Assembly (NCBI GenBank): GCA_038227875.1 | Contig: JBBRPR010000002.1 | Coordinates: 43,316-107,315, forward strand | Direction of reading: 5' to 3' | Source: Planctomycetota bacterium | Lineage (GTDB): Bacteria; Planctomycetota; SZUA-567; H5-PLA8 | Length of the DNA: 64,000 bases | In this document: positions 28,416 through 37,460 of the stretch, piece after piece | Layout of the letters: each line of letters starts with the position of its first letter | How positions within the stretch are numbered: position 1 is the stretch's first letter | The notes under the pieces: generated by a model | Told to the model about the DNA's origin: nothing | Databases searched by the model: none | What the model saw: only the letters and a program-made list of their open reading frames with translations | Made by a program: the position numbers and the translations under genes

Positions 28416-30672
28416 CAAAGTGAACGAATCCCAGGACGCGGCGACGGAGACGGATGCCAGCGACGAATCGCCGTTGCGTATTCTGCTCAAAGAATTCTTC
28501 GGCTTCAAAAGTTTCCGCCCGCTGCAGGAAGAGATTGTCACCGACGCGCTCTCCGGCCGCGACGTGCTGGCCGTGCTGCCGACCGGCGGCGGCAAGTCGC
28601 TCTGCTTCCAGCTTCCGGCGCTCGCCCGGGACGGACTGACCGTCGTCATTTCGCCGCTGATTGCGCTGATGAAAGACCAGGTCGACGCGCTGCTCTCGAT
28701 GGGCATCAACGCAACGTTCTTGAATTCGACGCTCGATGGCTACGATGCCCGCGCGCGCATTCAGGATATCGAGCAGGGGCTCTGCCGGTTGCTGTACGTC
28801 GCGCCCGAACGACTGATGCAGCCGGGAATGCTCGCGGCGCTGCAACGTTGGAACGTCAAGATGTTCGCCGTCGACGAGGCGCACTGTGTCAGCGAGTGGG
28901 GCCACGATTTCCGGCCGGAGTACCGGCAGATTTCGACGCTGCGCGCGCAGTTTCCGAGCGTGCCGATGATGGCGCTGACGGCCACGGCCACACCGCGCGT
29001 CCAGGACGACATCGTCAAGGCGCTGAAACTCAACAAGCCCAGTCGCTACGTCGCGAGCTTCAACCGGCCGAATCTGGCGTACCGCGTGATTGGAAAAAAA
29101 GACGCGTTCGATCAGGTGCTGGAGTTCATTAAATCCAAACCGCACGAATGTGGCATCATCTACTGCCACAGCCGCAAGAGCTCCGAGCAAGTTGCCGATG
29201 ATCTGCGCGCCAATGGCGTCAAGGCTGCGCCATATCACGCCGGCATGGAGAATGACGCGCGTTCGCGAAATCAGGAATTATTTCTGCGCGACGAAGTGAA
29301 TGTGATCTGCGCGACCATTGCATTCGGCATGGGTATCAACAAACCCAATGTCCGCTACGTGATTCACTACGACCTGCCGAAGAACATCGAAGGCTACTAT
29401 CAGGAAACCGGTCGCGCGGGACGCGACGGTCTGCCGTCGGACTGCCTGCTGTTGCTCAGTCGCGGCGACGTCGCCAAGCAGATGCGCTTCATCGACGAGA
29501 AGCCCAGCCAGCAGGAGCAGGATCTGGCCCGCAAGCAGCTCTGGAAAATGGTGGAGTACGCGGAAGGGACCACCTGCCGTCGCGCATTTCTGCTCGGCTA
29601 CTTCGGCGAGAATTTCACGGAGATTCCCTGTGGCGGCTGCGACAACTGCAACGCGCCGCGCGAAACGTACGACGGCACCATCGACGCACAGAAATTTCTG
29701 TCGTGCATCTACCGCATCAAGGAACGCAATCCGTCGTTCGGCGCGGGCATGAAGTACTGCATCGATATCCTGACCGGCGCCGAGAACGACCTGATCCGCG
29801 GCTGGGAGCACCAGACGCTGTCGACGTACGGCATTGGCAAGGATAAGAGCAAAGACGAGTGGCAGTCGGTCGCGCGGCAATTGATCCATGGCGGTTACCT
29901 GCGCGAAAAACAGGACGGCAAGTACACGCGCCTGGAGATCACGACCACGGGCCGCGATGTATTGATGAAGAAGGCGACGGTGATGATCGCCAAGCCGGCG
30001 CAGGCGAAAGCGGTCGAGAAGTCCAAGCCGTCCAAAGCCGACCGTGCCAGCCGTGGCGAAATCGAATGCGACGAAACCCTGTTCGAGCGGCTGCGCGAAT
30101 TGCGCAAGCGCCTCGCCGACGAACGCGACGTGCCGGCGTACATTGTCTTTTCCGACGTCTCGCTGCGGCAGATGTCGCGCGATTATCCGACACACGACAG
30201 CGAATTTGCGCGCATCAGCGGCGTTGGCGAAAAGAAGCGCCAGGAATTTGGCGCGGCGTTCATGGGCGAGATCGCGGAATACCTGAAGACGAACACCGCC
30301 AAATCCTTTGATGCGTTGCCCGCCGCGGCGCCTGCCACCACGGTGAAGCGCGGTTTGAATTCCACGGCGCGCCAGACGCTGAAGATGTTCCAGGACGGCC
30401 AGCGCGTCGATGACATCATCAGTGAACGCGAACTGGCGGCGTCGACCATCTACGGACATCTCACCGATGCGATCGAAGCCGGCGAGAAAATCGACATCGA
30501 TAATCTCCTCACTGCCGAACAGAGAATGGAGATTGCTGCCGTTTTCGAGAAAGTCGGGACGTTTAATCTTACCGGCGCGCTCGAATTGCTCGGCGGCAAG
30601 GACGGGCCGTATCACTTCGGTCATCTGAAAGTATTCCGGGCGTGGCTCGACAAAAATAAACCTCTTGCATAG
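28405..30672 (+). CDS. recQ: ATP-dependent DNA helicase RecQ (RQC, HRDC, C-terminal HTH)
   Basis: PTGGGKSLCFQ, DEAHCVSEWGHDFRPEY, QETGRAGRDG, CRR..CGGCDNC, VPAYIVFSD. Confidence 0.97.
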   Translation: MASDKVNESQDAATETDASDESPLRILLKEFFGFKSFRPLQEEIVTDALSGRDVLAVLPTGGGKSLCFQLPALARDGLTVVISPLIALMKDQVDALLSMGINATFLNSTLDGYDARARIQDIEQGLCRLLYVAPERLMQPGMLAALQRWNVKMFAVDEAHCVSEWGHDFRPEYRQISTLRAQFPSVPMMALTATATPRVQDDIVKALKLNKPSRYVASFNRPNLAYRVIGKKDAFDQVLEFIKSKPHECGIIYCHSRKSSEQVADDLRANGVKAAPYHAGMENDARSRNQELFLRDEVNVICATIAFGMGINKPNVRYVIHYDLPKNIEGYYQETGRAGRDGLPSDCLLLLSRGDVAKQMRFIDEKPSQQEQDLARKQLWKMVEYAEGTTCRRAFLLGYFGENFTEIPCGGCDNCNAPRETYDGTIDAQKFLSCIYRIKERNPSFGAGMKYCIDILTGAENDLIRGWEHQTLSTYGIGKDKSKDEWQSVARQLIHGGYLREKQDGKYTRLEITTTGRDVLMKKATVMIAKPAQAKAVEKSKPSKADRASRGEIECDETLFERLRELRKRLADERDVPAYIVFSDVSLRQMSRDYPTHDSEFARISGVGEKKRQEFGAAFMGEIAEYLKTNTAKSFDALPAAAPATTVKRGLNSTARQTLKMFQDGQRVDDIISERELAASTIYGHLTDAIEAGEKIDIDNLLTAEQRMEIAAVFEKVGTFNLTGALELLGGKDGPYHFGHLKVFRAWLDKNKPLA

Positions 30673-30792
30673 CGCGTTGACCTGCGAGATGCGCCCGCTA
30701 GTCTGCTGATTCCACACTTCTTGATCACTCAGACCAAAATCCAACCGGGGCTGGCGTCCCCCGTGGATTCAGCATGGAAAGTTGAGCTTCTC

Positions 30793-31476
30793 ATGAGCAA
30801 GATTCACTTCATCGGCGGCGAAAAGGGCGGCGTGGGCAAGTCGGTGGTCTCGCGGCTGCTGGCGCAGTATTGCATCGACAAGACCTTGCCGTTCACCGTC
30901 GTCGATGCCGACCGCTCGCACGGCGCGATGGCGCGTTTTTATTCGGACTTCACCAAGACCGGTGATCTCGATCGCTTCGAAACGACCGACCACATCATGC
31001 AGCTGGCGTTGGATCTCGATCAGCGCGTGATCGTCGATCTGCCCGCCCAGAGCGATCGATTTGTGCGCAAATGGATGGAGCAGAACGGCATCGTCGAACT
31101 GGCCGCGGAGAGCTCGGTGCCGCTGGTGTTCTGGCACGTGATGGATTCTGGCCGTGATTCCATCGTGCTGCTGCAGGGATTGTTCAACACGTACGGTTCG
31201 ACGGTGAACTACTGCATCGTCAAGAATCTCGGCCGCGGCGGCGACTTCAGCGCGTTCGAAAACTCAGATGCCCGTAAACAGGCGGAACAGTTCAATGCCA
31301 CGATCTTGACGCTCGATGAGCTCCATGAGCCGACAATGCAGAAGATCGACACGCTTAACGCGAGTTTTTGGTCGGCCGCAAACAACGCGAAAGTGGGGCT
31401 GGGACTGATTGAACGCCACCGCGTGAAGGTGTGGCTGCGCAACGCGTACAAGGAGTTCGAACGCGCAGGAGCCTAG
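30793..31476 (+). CDS. ParA/MinD-like P-loop NTPase (MobD-like family)
   Basis: Deviant Walker A GGEKGGVGKS, VVDADRSH, VIVDLPAQ. Confidence 0.8.
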   Translation: MSKIHFIGGEKGGVGKSVVSRLLAQYCIDKTLPFTVVDADRSHGAMARFYSDFTKTGDLDRFETTDHIMQLALDLDQRVIVDLPAQSDRFVRKWMEQNGIVELAAESSVPLVFWHVMDSGRDSIVLLQGLFNTYGSTVNYCIVKNLGRGGDFSAFENSDARKQAEQFNATILTLDELHEPTMQKIDTLNASFWSAANNAKVGLGLIERHRVKVWLRNAYKEFERAGA

Positions 31477-31514
31477 CCCGTTAAAAAAGTCTATTTGTCG
31501 TCGCGAAAAATCTG

Positions 31515-31667
31515 CTATCGCCGGCCGTCGCCGCCGCTGCGCATAATCGCGCCGCCGGCCAGCATGGTCAGATAACCCGCCAGCGGAAACGTGCGGAAAA
31601 AGCCGATCACGTTTCCAGCAAATAGGAAAATACCGAGCACGAAGACCAATCCGCCGACGAGTTTCAT
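31515..31667 (-). CDS. 50-aa two-helix membrane microprotein (absent from ORF track)
   Basis: AGGAG RBS, then MKLVGGLVFVLGIFLFAGNVIGFFRTFPLAGYLTMLAGGAIMRSGGDGRR-stop. GC-rich third positions. Confidence 0.75.
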   Translation of the reverse strand: MKLVGGLVFVLGIFLFAGNVIGFFRTFPLAGYLTMLAGGAIMRSGGDGRR

Positions 31668-31791
31668 GGGCGTGTTCTCCTATAATATAGCAATGCGCGT
31701 CAGGAACATGTGCGCAGTGTCGCAGCTTGTAACAACATGTTAAGATAGGGATTAACTATGCAACTTAAGTGCCGGTGGAAGCAGGGATGAA

Positions 31792-33609
31792 CTATGCGAG
31801 CATCTCGAATGTGAATTTGCCAATCACCTGCGTGGAAGGCTGCGACGTGGTCAGGCGCACGCGTTGAACCACGATTGGCTCATGCCCGTGCGTGTGCGAG
31901 GGAATGGCTTCGCACGCGGCGGTGAACTGCGCCGGATCGAATGTCATCGCGACAGCGCCGCGCGCGCCACGCCATGTGATCTTGCCTCGCTCCAGAGTCG
32001 GCTGCACCAGGCTGATGAACACTTCTTGCAATTCGCGTGGAGCGGAATTGAAGTCGAAGCTGTCGGTGAGTTCCAGACTGGCCTTCGCCGCGGAGTGCGT
32101 CCAGCGGAACGTACGCTCCAATCGTTTCAGGTTGGGTACCGCGTACGCTTTCGTCAGATCCAATTTGAAATCAATCCCGTCGGCTCGGGTTTCACGCGCG
32201 AGAATTTTGGCCTCGAACTGGCGCCCGGCTTTCTGCGGCTGACCATCGATCAATGGGACGGAATGGCCCTCGGAGCCGTTGTGAATCAAGTTGTAGCGAT
32301 TGGGGCCGAAGTAGTCGCGCGTGTACACGCCGGCGCCCAGGTCCACGAGCAGGCTGTCGCCGCCTGCGTGGAGAATGAAATGGCCCAGGTCGTTCTGGTT
32401 ATGCGGTTCGGCGTTGTGGCCGCCACGGGCTGAGAAGCCGATCGGTACGCCATTGAGTGTGCGGCGGTCGAGCACCCAGCCCAAGTCATCGAACACGAAC
32501 GTTCCCGGCGGCGTGAGTTTGCCCAGCAGCGCGGGATTGGTCCAGAATAGGTTGCGCGTGACGTGCGGCCAGCGGTAGCAGTGATCGAAATGAAACGACG
32601 GCACCCGCGGTGATTCGGGCACCGCGACGCCCAGGCGCGCGGATAGCCGCGAAATCAGTCCGGTGGCGATCTCCATGCGCATGACGCCGTCGGAGAAATT
32701 CACAAAGTTTCCACCGGAGAGGCTCATGCCCGCCGGGAAATTGGCGATGTTCCTGATTTTCTCACCGCTGAGCAGATCGATTTTGCCGCGGGTGAATTCA
32801 TGGAGCATTTCCGCGAAGTAGACGTAGTAGCCAAAACCGTATTGCCAGTAGCCGACGCCTTCCGCGCAGCCTCCGTCGGCCCCGAAACCTTCGAGAAAGC
32901 ATTCCATCGCGCTGCAGCAGCGATCCATCATGCCCGCCAGCCGTTCGCGGTTGGTTTCAAGCAGCAATGCGGCCATACCCACGGCACCGGCGCAGACGGC
33001 CGACCAGTTCGTCGGAGTCGATTCCCAATGAAAGTGGACGGCATCGTTGAAGAGCGGCTTGAAAATCCGGCGCTCGATTTCGCGGCGCGTACGTTCGTTC
33101 ACCGCCTTCTCAAGGCGTCCGCCGAGCAGTGTCAGCGTTTCGGCCAGAGCGTGTGCGGTTTCCGCGGCGAAGAGGTCGACGCGTTCCTCGATCGGGAGGC
33201 GATTGTCCTGCGCGTGGGCGGGCACACACCACGTTACTTCGTCGCAGATCGCCCAGATCGAATCTTGTATCAAGGCGAGGTGTTCATCGGTGGCATCAAT
33301 GACAGAGACGAGCACCAACCCCGGCAATCGTCCGCGGCGTGCGAAATACGGGCGCTCGTATTCGATGCGTGAACCGGCCGTCTCGTACAATCGCCAGAGC
33401 GAATAGGGCAGGGCGGGAATGGGCTCGGTGTGCGCGCGCTGAGCTTCCGCGCGGACTTCTCGCAAGTATTCCTGGAAATGAGGTGCCTCACGCAGCGCTT
33501 TCAGGCGCTCCGCGGTCAACCCTTCTCCAAAGGGAAAACCAGAGGAAGGCTTGGCGTCGCGGAGGGCTTCGCGAAGACTGCGGAAACTGGGAATCGCGGC
33601 GTGAATCAT
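31792..33609 (-). CDS. Heparinase II/III-family polysaccharide lyase-like protein
   Basis: WAICDE..W, VDLFAAET, TNWSAVC, DGGCAEGVGYWQYG, GGHNAEPHNQNDLGHF, GHSVPLIDG. Confidence 0.88.
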   Translation of the reverse strand: MIHAAIPSFRSLREALRDAKPSSGFPFGEGLTAERLKALREAPHFQEYLREVRAEAQRAHTEPIPALPYSLWRLYETAGSRIEYERPYFARRGRLPGLVLVSVIDATDEHLALIQDSIWAICDEVTWCVPAHAQDNRLPIEERVDLFAAETAHALAETLTLLGGRLEKAVNERTRREIERRIFKPLFNDAVHFHWESTPTNWSAVCAGAVGMAALLLETNRERLAGMMDRCCSAMECFLEGFGADGGCAEGVGYWQYGFGYYVYFAEMLHEFTRGKIDLLSGEKIRNIANFPAGMSLSGGNFVNFSDGVMRMEIATGLISRLSARLGVAVPESPRVPSFHFDHCYRWPHVTRNLFWTNPALLGKLTPPGTFVFDDLGWVLDRRTLNGVPIGFSARGGHNAEPHNQNDLGHFILHAGGDSLLVDLGAGVYTRDYFGPNRYNLIHNGSEGHSVPLIDGQPQKAGRQFEAKILARETRADGIDFKLDLTKAYAVPNLKRLERTFRWTHSAAKASLELTDSFDFNSAPRELQEVFISLVQPTLERGKITWRGARGAVAMTFDPAQFTAACEAIPSHTHGHEPIVVQRVRLTTSQPSTQVIGKFTFEMLA

Positions 33610-33654
33610 GGGTGAACTCGCAGGCAATGTGAGAAGCAGGACGTAGACGTCGAA

Positions 33655-33697
33655 GAAAAGAAAAAGGCGGGTATTGAGGTTAGTCAATACCCGCCTT
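33655..33697 (-). terminator. Rho-independent terminator of the 33726-34391 gene
   Basis: 14-bp stem AAGGCGGGTATTGA/TCAATACCCGCCTT followed by a U-rich tract on the minus strand. Confidence 0.85.
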
Positions 33698-33725
33698 CTT
33701 TATACGTCTGATTGTCGACTACAGT

Positions 33726-34391
33726 TTAGAAGACAATCTTGCCCTTGCTGAACGTTCCGACGAAGGTCGCGCTGCCGAGCTTGAGCGTGAAGCCCGTGAT
33801 GCCCGTGCCAGCCTTCGTATCGCCGAACGCAGGGACCTGGTTTCTGCCCTTGGTCACGAGCGGGAGCTTGGCGACGCCGGCATCAACCTGCGAACCGGTG
33901 AAGATGAACTTGAACTTGTTCTTGGAGGCAACACCCTGGACAGCGGTGAAGGTGTTCTTGGTCTTGAACGACTTGGCCGTCACGACTCCCTTGTTGCTCA
34001 CCTTGACTGTATAGGTGATCGGGAAGGTGTTTGTGTTGCCGTTCGTCGTGATGACGTTGGTGTTCGACGTCGAGAAGAAGACGATCGACGCATTGGCGTT
34101 CGTGGTCAGCGTGCCGGAATTGGCATTGCTGGTGTACACGGCGATCTGTTCATTCATCGTAACCGGAACGGCGGACTTGCCCTTACCCGTGTCTTTAGCG
34201 GATAGGCTCAGCAACGAATAGAAATCGAAGCCGCCGCCCTGAATGGTGATCGAGCTGCCGGCAGCAACATTACCCTTACCCAGCTTCAGGGTCGCCTTAT
34301 AGTTCGGCGAAGTATTCGCCGCCTGGACTCCGCTGCAGCACAGAACCAACAGAGCAACACCAACGACACTGGCCAAATGTTTTCGAATCAC
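33726..34391 (-). CDS. Secreted Lys/Thr/Gly-rich beta protein of unknown function
   Basis: AGGAG RBS with GTG start, signal peptide ending VQA, C-terminal GKIVF, own terminator. Confidence 0.85.
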   Translation of the reverse strand: MIRKHLASVVGVALLVLCCSGVQAANTSPNYKATLKLGKGNVAAGSSITIQGGGFDFYSLLSLSAKDTGKGKSAVPVTMNEQIAVYTSNANSGTLTTNANASIVFFSTSNTNVITTNGNTNTFPITYTVKVSNKGVVTAKSFKTKNTFTAVQGVASKNKFKFIFTGSQVDAGVAKLPLVTKGRNQVPAFGDTKAGTGITGFTLKLGSATFVGTFSKGKIVF

Positions 34392-35094
34392 AGCAGACTC
34401 CTCTGGTCTAGGGTTTCAATTCCACATTTACTAACAGGATTGTGATAAATTATGCCGTCAGGGTTCACACGAAACAAGCAAATTTTAAAAGATTTCGCGT
34501 CTTCTTCGCAAAGCTAGTGGTTAATTCTATATTCCAGTGATTGATTCTGAGTCACTTCTTAAAAGACTGCTACGGGCAAGTGTTTCCATGAAAACTGCGG
34601 CTCTTCTAAAATGCGCTTTGCGGCAATTCTGAGTCAGTTCGGCGAACCTCACGAAAAATAATTTCTTAACTTTGTGTGACTACCCCGCCCCTCACGTTGC
34701 GATGTCAGCGCCGCGTCTCAGGCTCGATTTACCTATGAAAATTTGAGCGAATGCGGGCGCCGACACGGAGACTCGAAAGCAAACGCCTGGAATTGTTAAA
34801 ACTTTTTGAAGCTGCGCCGAATGTTAGCAGGCGCGTCTGGGTTATAGAGAAGCATGAGTGGCAATATCAGGCAGGTTGGTCAATTTAGATTGCGCTAAGA
34901 GCCGAAATTAAGCAAATATTTGGCCGTCTTATAGACAATAAAGTTCGCCCGAGTTCCCGGTTCATCATGAAGAATCACTTTATTGGGTCAAAAAGTTGGA
35001 ACGATATAATCGAAGACCTCGTAAGGGAAGACGTTCGATCCCGCCGTGAATCATCCGCTCTCAGGATATCCACGGCGGGTCGTGAACGTGCGAT

Positions 35095-35361
35095 TTACTT
35101 GCTGGCGCGGGCCAGCTTTTTCTCGATTTCAGAATGAACGTCCGGCGACGCACTGATCGCGTGATGTTCTTCGTCGTGCGTTTCACCGTGGAAAATCGTC
35201 ACGTAGACCATCGTCATGACAATGGCTTCAGCCGAGAGGATCACGGGAATCGACGCGTAGGTCGTAACGCCCGGCACCCATCCGGTACAGATCCACATCG
35301 CGCCAACAAACAGAGCGACGAACAATCCTAGGAATACTTTCAGACGCGGTTCGCACGACAT
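35095..35361 (-). CDS. Small two-TM protein with His/Glu-rich tail
   Basis: AAGGAG RBS, two hydrophobic helices, HGETHDEEHH. Confidence 0.8.
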   Translation of the reverse strand: MSCEPRLKVFLGLFVALFVGAMWICTGWVPGVTTYASIPVILSAEAIVMTMVYVTIFHGETHDEEHHAISASPDVHSEIEKKLARASK

Positions 35362-35398
35362 TCTCAATCTCCTTAAAAGGGTCTCCGCCTTTTAAGAA

Positions 35399-35414
35399 AG
35401 CAGTCGATGCGCCA
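35399..35414 (-). promoter_or_regulatory. Sigma-54 (-24/-12) promoter TGGCGCATCGACTGCT
   Basis: Exact GG-N10-GC spacing with TGGC..TGCT, 37 nt upstream of ATG 35361. Confidence 0.75.
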
Positions 35415-35447
35415 TTCGAGAAAAATCATGAAGTCCTTGCAGTCGGT

Positions 35448-35488
35448 AGTTTTGCGAGAATTCACGTCGGCGAAGTTTTGCGAGAATT
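35448..35488. promoter_or_regulatory. Perfect 15-bp direct repeat AGTTTTGCGAGAATT x2 (period 26), candidate activator sites
   Basis: 35448-35462 and 35474-35488, directly upstream of the sigma-54 site. Confidence 0.6.
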
Positions 35489-35603
35489 GAAAACGTAAAT
35501 GCAGATTTGAAAAAAACGGGGTCCGCGCCTCGGGGGTCTTTTGTGGAACTGTTCGAATGCGCAGAACCCACGTGTTTATCGCGAAAGGAACAGAAGCTCA
35601 GAC

Positions 35604-36098
35604 CTATTTCGCTTGCGCGGCCTTGTGCGCTTCGGCCACGTGATCGGGTTTGATGGTCAGCACCGGACACGGACTGGTGCGAACGATCTTTTCCGCGACG
35701 GAACCAAACAACAGATGTGAAAAACCCGTCCGGCCGTGCGTTGCCATCACGATGCAATCGGCGTGTTGGGCGGCCGCATATTTCAATACTTCAGCGTTCG
35801 CGTTACCTTTTATGTATACGGGCAACACGCGAACTCCCGCCGGTGCAGACGCTGAAAGCTTGGCGGCCAGCGCGGTCAGTTGTGCCTGCTTCTCTTTTTC
35901 GGCCTGCTCAAGGAAGGGCGTGGGATCGTAGCCCATGCTGCCATCGACCATGACTCCCGTGTACATCAGGTCTTCAAACACATGGACGAGATGTACGGTG
36001 CCACCGTATTTTGATGCCAGTTCCAGCGCAAACGGCACCGCGGCCCTGGAATTTTCGGACAGGTCGGTCGTGAGTATTATTGTTTTAAACTGTGACAT
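35604..36098 (-). CDS. Universal stress protein
   Basis: IILTTDLSENS, LVHV, IVMATHGRTG..LFGSVAEKIVRTSPCPVLTI. Confidence 0.95.
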   Translation of the reverse strand: MSQFKTIILTTDLSENSRAAVPFALELASKYGGTVHLVHVFEDLMYTGVMVDGSMGYDPTPFLEQAEKEKQAQLTALAAKLSASAPAGVRVLPVYIKGNANAEVLKYAAAQHADCIVMATHGRTGFSHLLFGSVAEKIVRTSPCPVLTIKPDHVAEAHKAAQAK

Positions 36099-36301
36099 GA
36101 GGGATCCTCCTTAAGATTTGCTCCATGAGATAGAATAGCAAATGGACGCGCAATCCCTTCAATCTTATAATTCATGAATCGTAAGGAGGATGGAGAGTGA
36201 CGTAAGCCCCGGTGTTCCTGAAGATGAGAAAAGAGATTGTCATTTGCGGCAATCGTGCCGGGTGACGATGATCTCGAGAATACCTCTGGAGTAATATATT
36301 C

Positions 36302-37447
36302 ATGTCGTCTACGGACGGTACACCGCTCCCTTCCGATCACTCGCAGGTACAATGGGAAGCCCTCTCGGGCATTATCAACTCTGCGATGGATGCGATTATC
36401 AGCATCGACGAGCAGCAACGCATCACCATTTTCAATGCTGCGGCGGAGCGGATGTTTTTGTGCACGGCCAAAGACGCCATCGGCTCGCAACTGGATCGTT
36501 TTATTCCGCAGCGCTACCGCGCAGCGCATGGCGGCCATGTCCATGAATTTGCCCACACCGGCGCGACCAGCCGCGAAATGGGCCGGCTGGGAATCATCGT
36601 GGGGCTGCGTTCCGATGGCGTCGAGTTTCCGATCGAAGCGACGATCTCCAAGGTGGAAGTGGGCGGCCGGCACTACCTGAGCGCGATCGTGCGCGACATC
36701 AGCGAGCGGAAAAGAGCGGAGAAAGAACGGGAGCAGCTGCAGGCGAAGGTGCTGCATCAGGAGAAACTGGCCGCGATCGGCTTGCTGGCCAGCGGGCTGG
36801 CTCACGAGGTCGGCAACCCACTGGCCTCCATTCAGGCCATCTGTGAAAATCTGGCGCGCAAAAGTTCCGAGCCCCAGACGACAGAAAAATGCCAGCGCAT
36901 CCGCGAACAGGTCCGGAGGATTACCAGCATCGTCGGGCAACTGGTGAACTTCGCGCGGCCGGGGCCGGCCACCTGGCAGTTGGTGGATGTCAATGAAACC
37001 ATCGAATCTTCACTGGGTATTGCCAAACTTTCCCGCACCGCAAAATCGTTGGAAATTACGGCCGATCTCGCTTCGGACTTGCCGCCCATCATGGCAATCA
37101 GCGATCAACTGGCGCAGGTGTTTCTGAATCTCTTTTTGAACGCGATCGACGCCAGCACCGAGGCGGGATGCAAGATCGTGATTGCGTCGCGAACGCTTTC
37201 GGAAGAGAGGATTGGAATTTCGATCTGCGATTCCGGTCATGGCATCGCACCCGATGACATGCCCAAGCTTTTTACTCCCTTCTTCACCACCAAGGACGTC
37301 GGCAAAGGAACGGGATTGGGGTTGCACGTCTGTGAGGGTATAGTCAAGCGCCACGGCGGCGAGATTCGTGTAACATCGACTCCGGGTGACGGGACGACAT
37401 TCCAGATTGAACTGCCGATCCGCAAGCAACCGCCCGTAAACTCCTGA
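36302..37447 (+). CDS. Cytoplasmic PAS sensor histidine kinase
   Basis: PAS (FNAAAERMF..H..GLRSDGVEFPIE), H-box LAHEVGNPL, N-box QVFLNLFLNA, FFTTK..GTGLGL. Confidence 0.95.
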   Translation: MSSTDGTPLPSDHSQVQWEALSGIINSAMDAIISIDEQQRITIFNAAAERMFLCTAKDAIGSQLDRFIPQRYRAAHGGHVHEFAHTGATSREMGRLGIIVGLRSDGVEFPIEATISKVEVGGRHYLSAIVRDISERKRAEKEREQLQAKVLHQEKLAAIGLLASGLAHEVGNPLASIQAICENLARKSSEPQTTEKCQRIREQVRRITSIVGQLVNFARPGPATWQLVDVNETIESSLGIAKLSRTAKSLEITADLASDLPPIMAISDQLAQVFLNLFLNAIDASTEAGCKIVIASRTLSEERIGISICDSGHGIAPDDMPKLFTPFFTTKDVGKGTGLGLHVCEGIVKRHGGEIRVTSTPGDGTTFQIELPIRKQPPVNS

Positions 37448-37460
37448 AGGGAGCATCGAA

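Noticed and set aside
34600-34680. GCCGCAAAGC on the minus strand resembling a c-di-GMP-I riboswitch core
   Set aside because: The upstream GGCAAA..GAAA hairpin required by the motif is absent.
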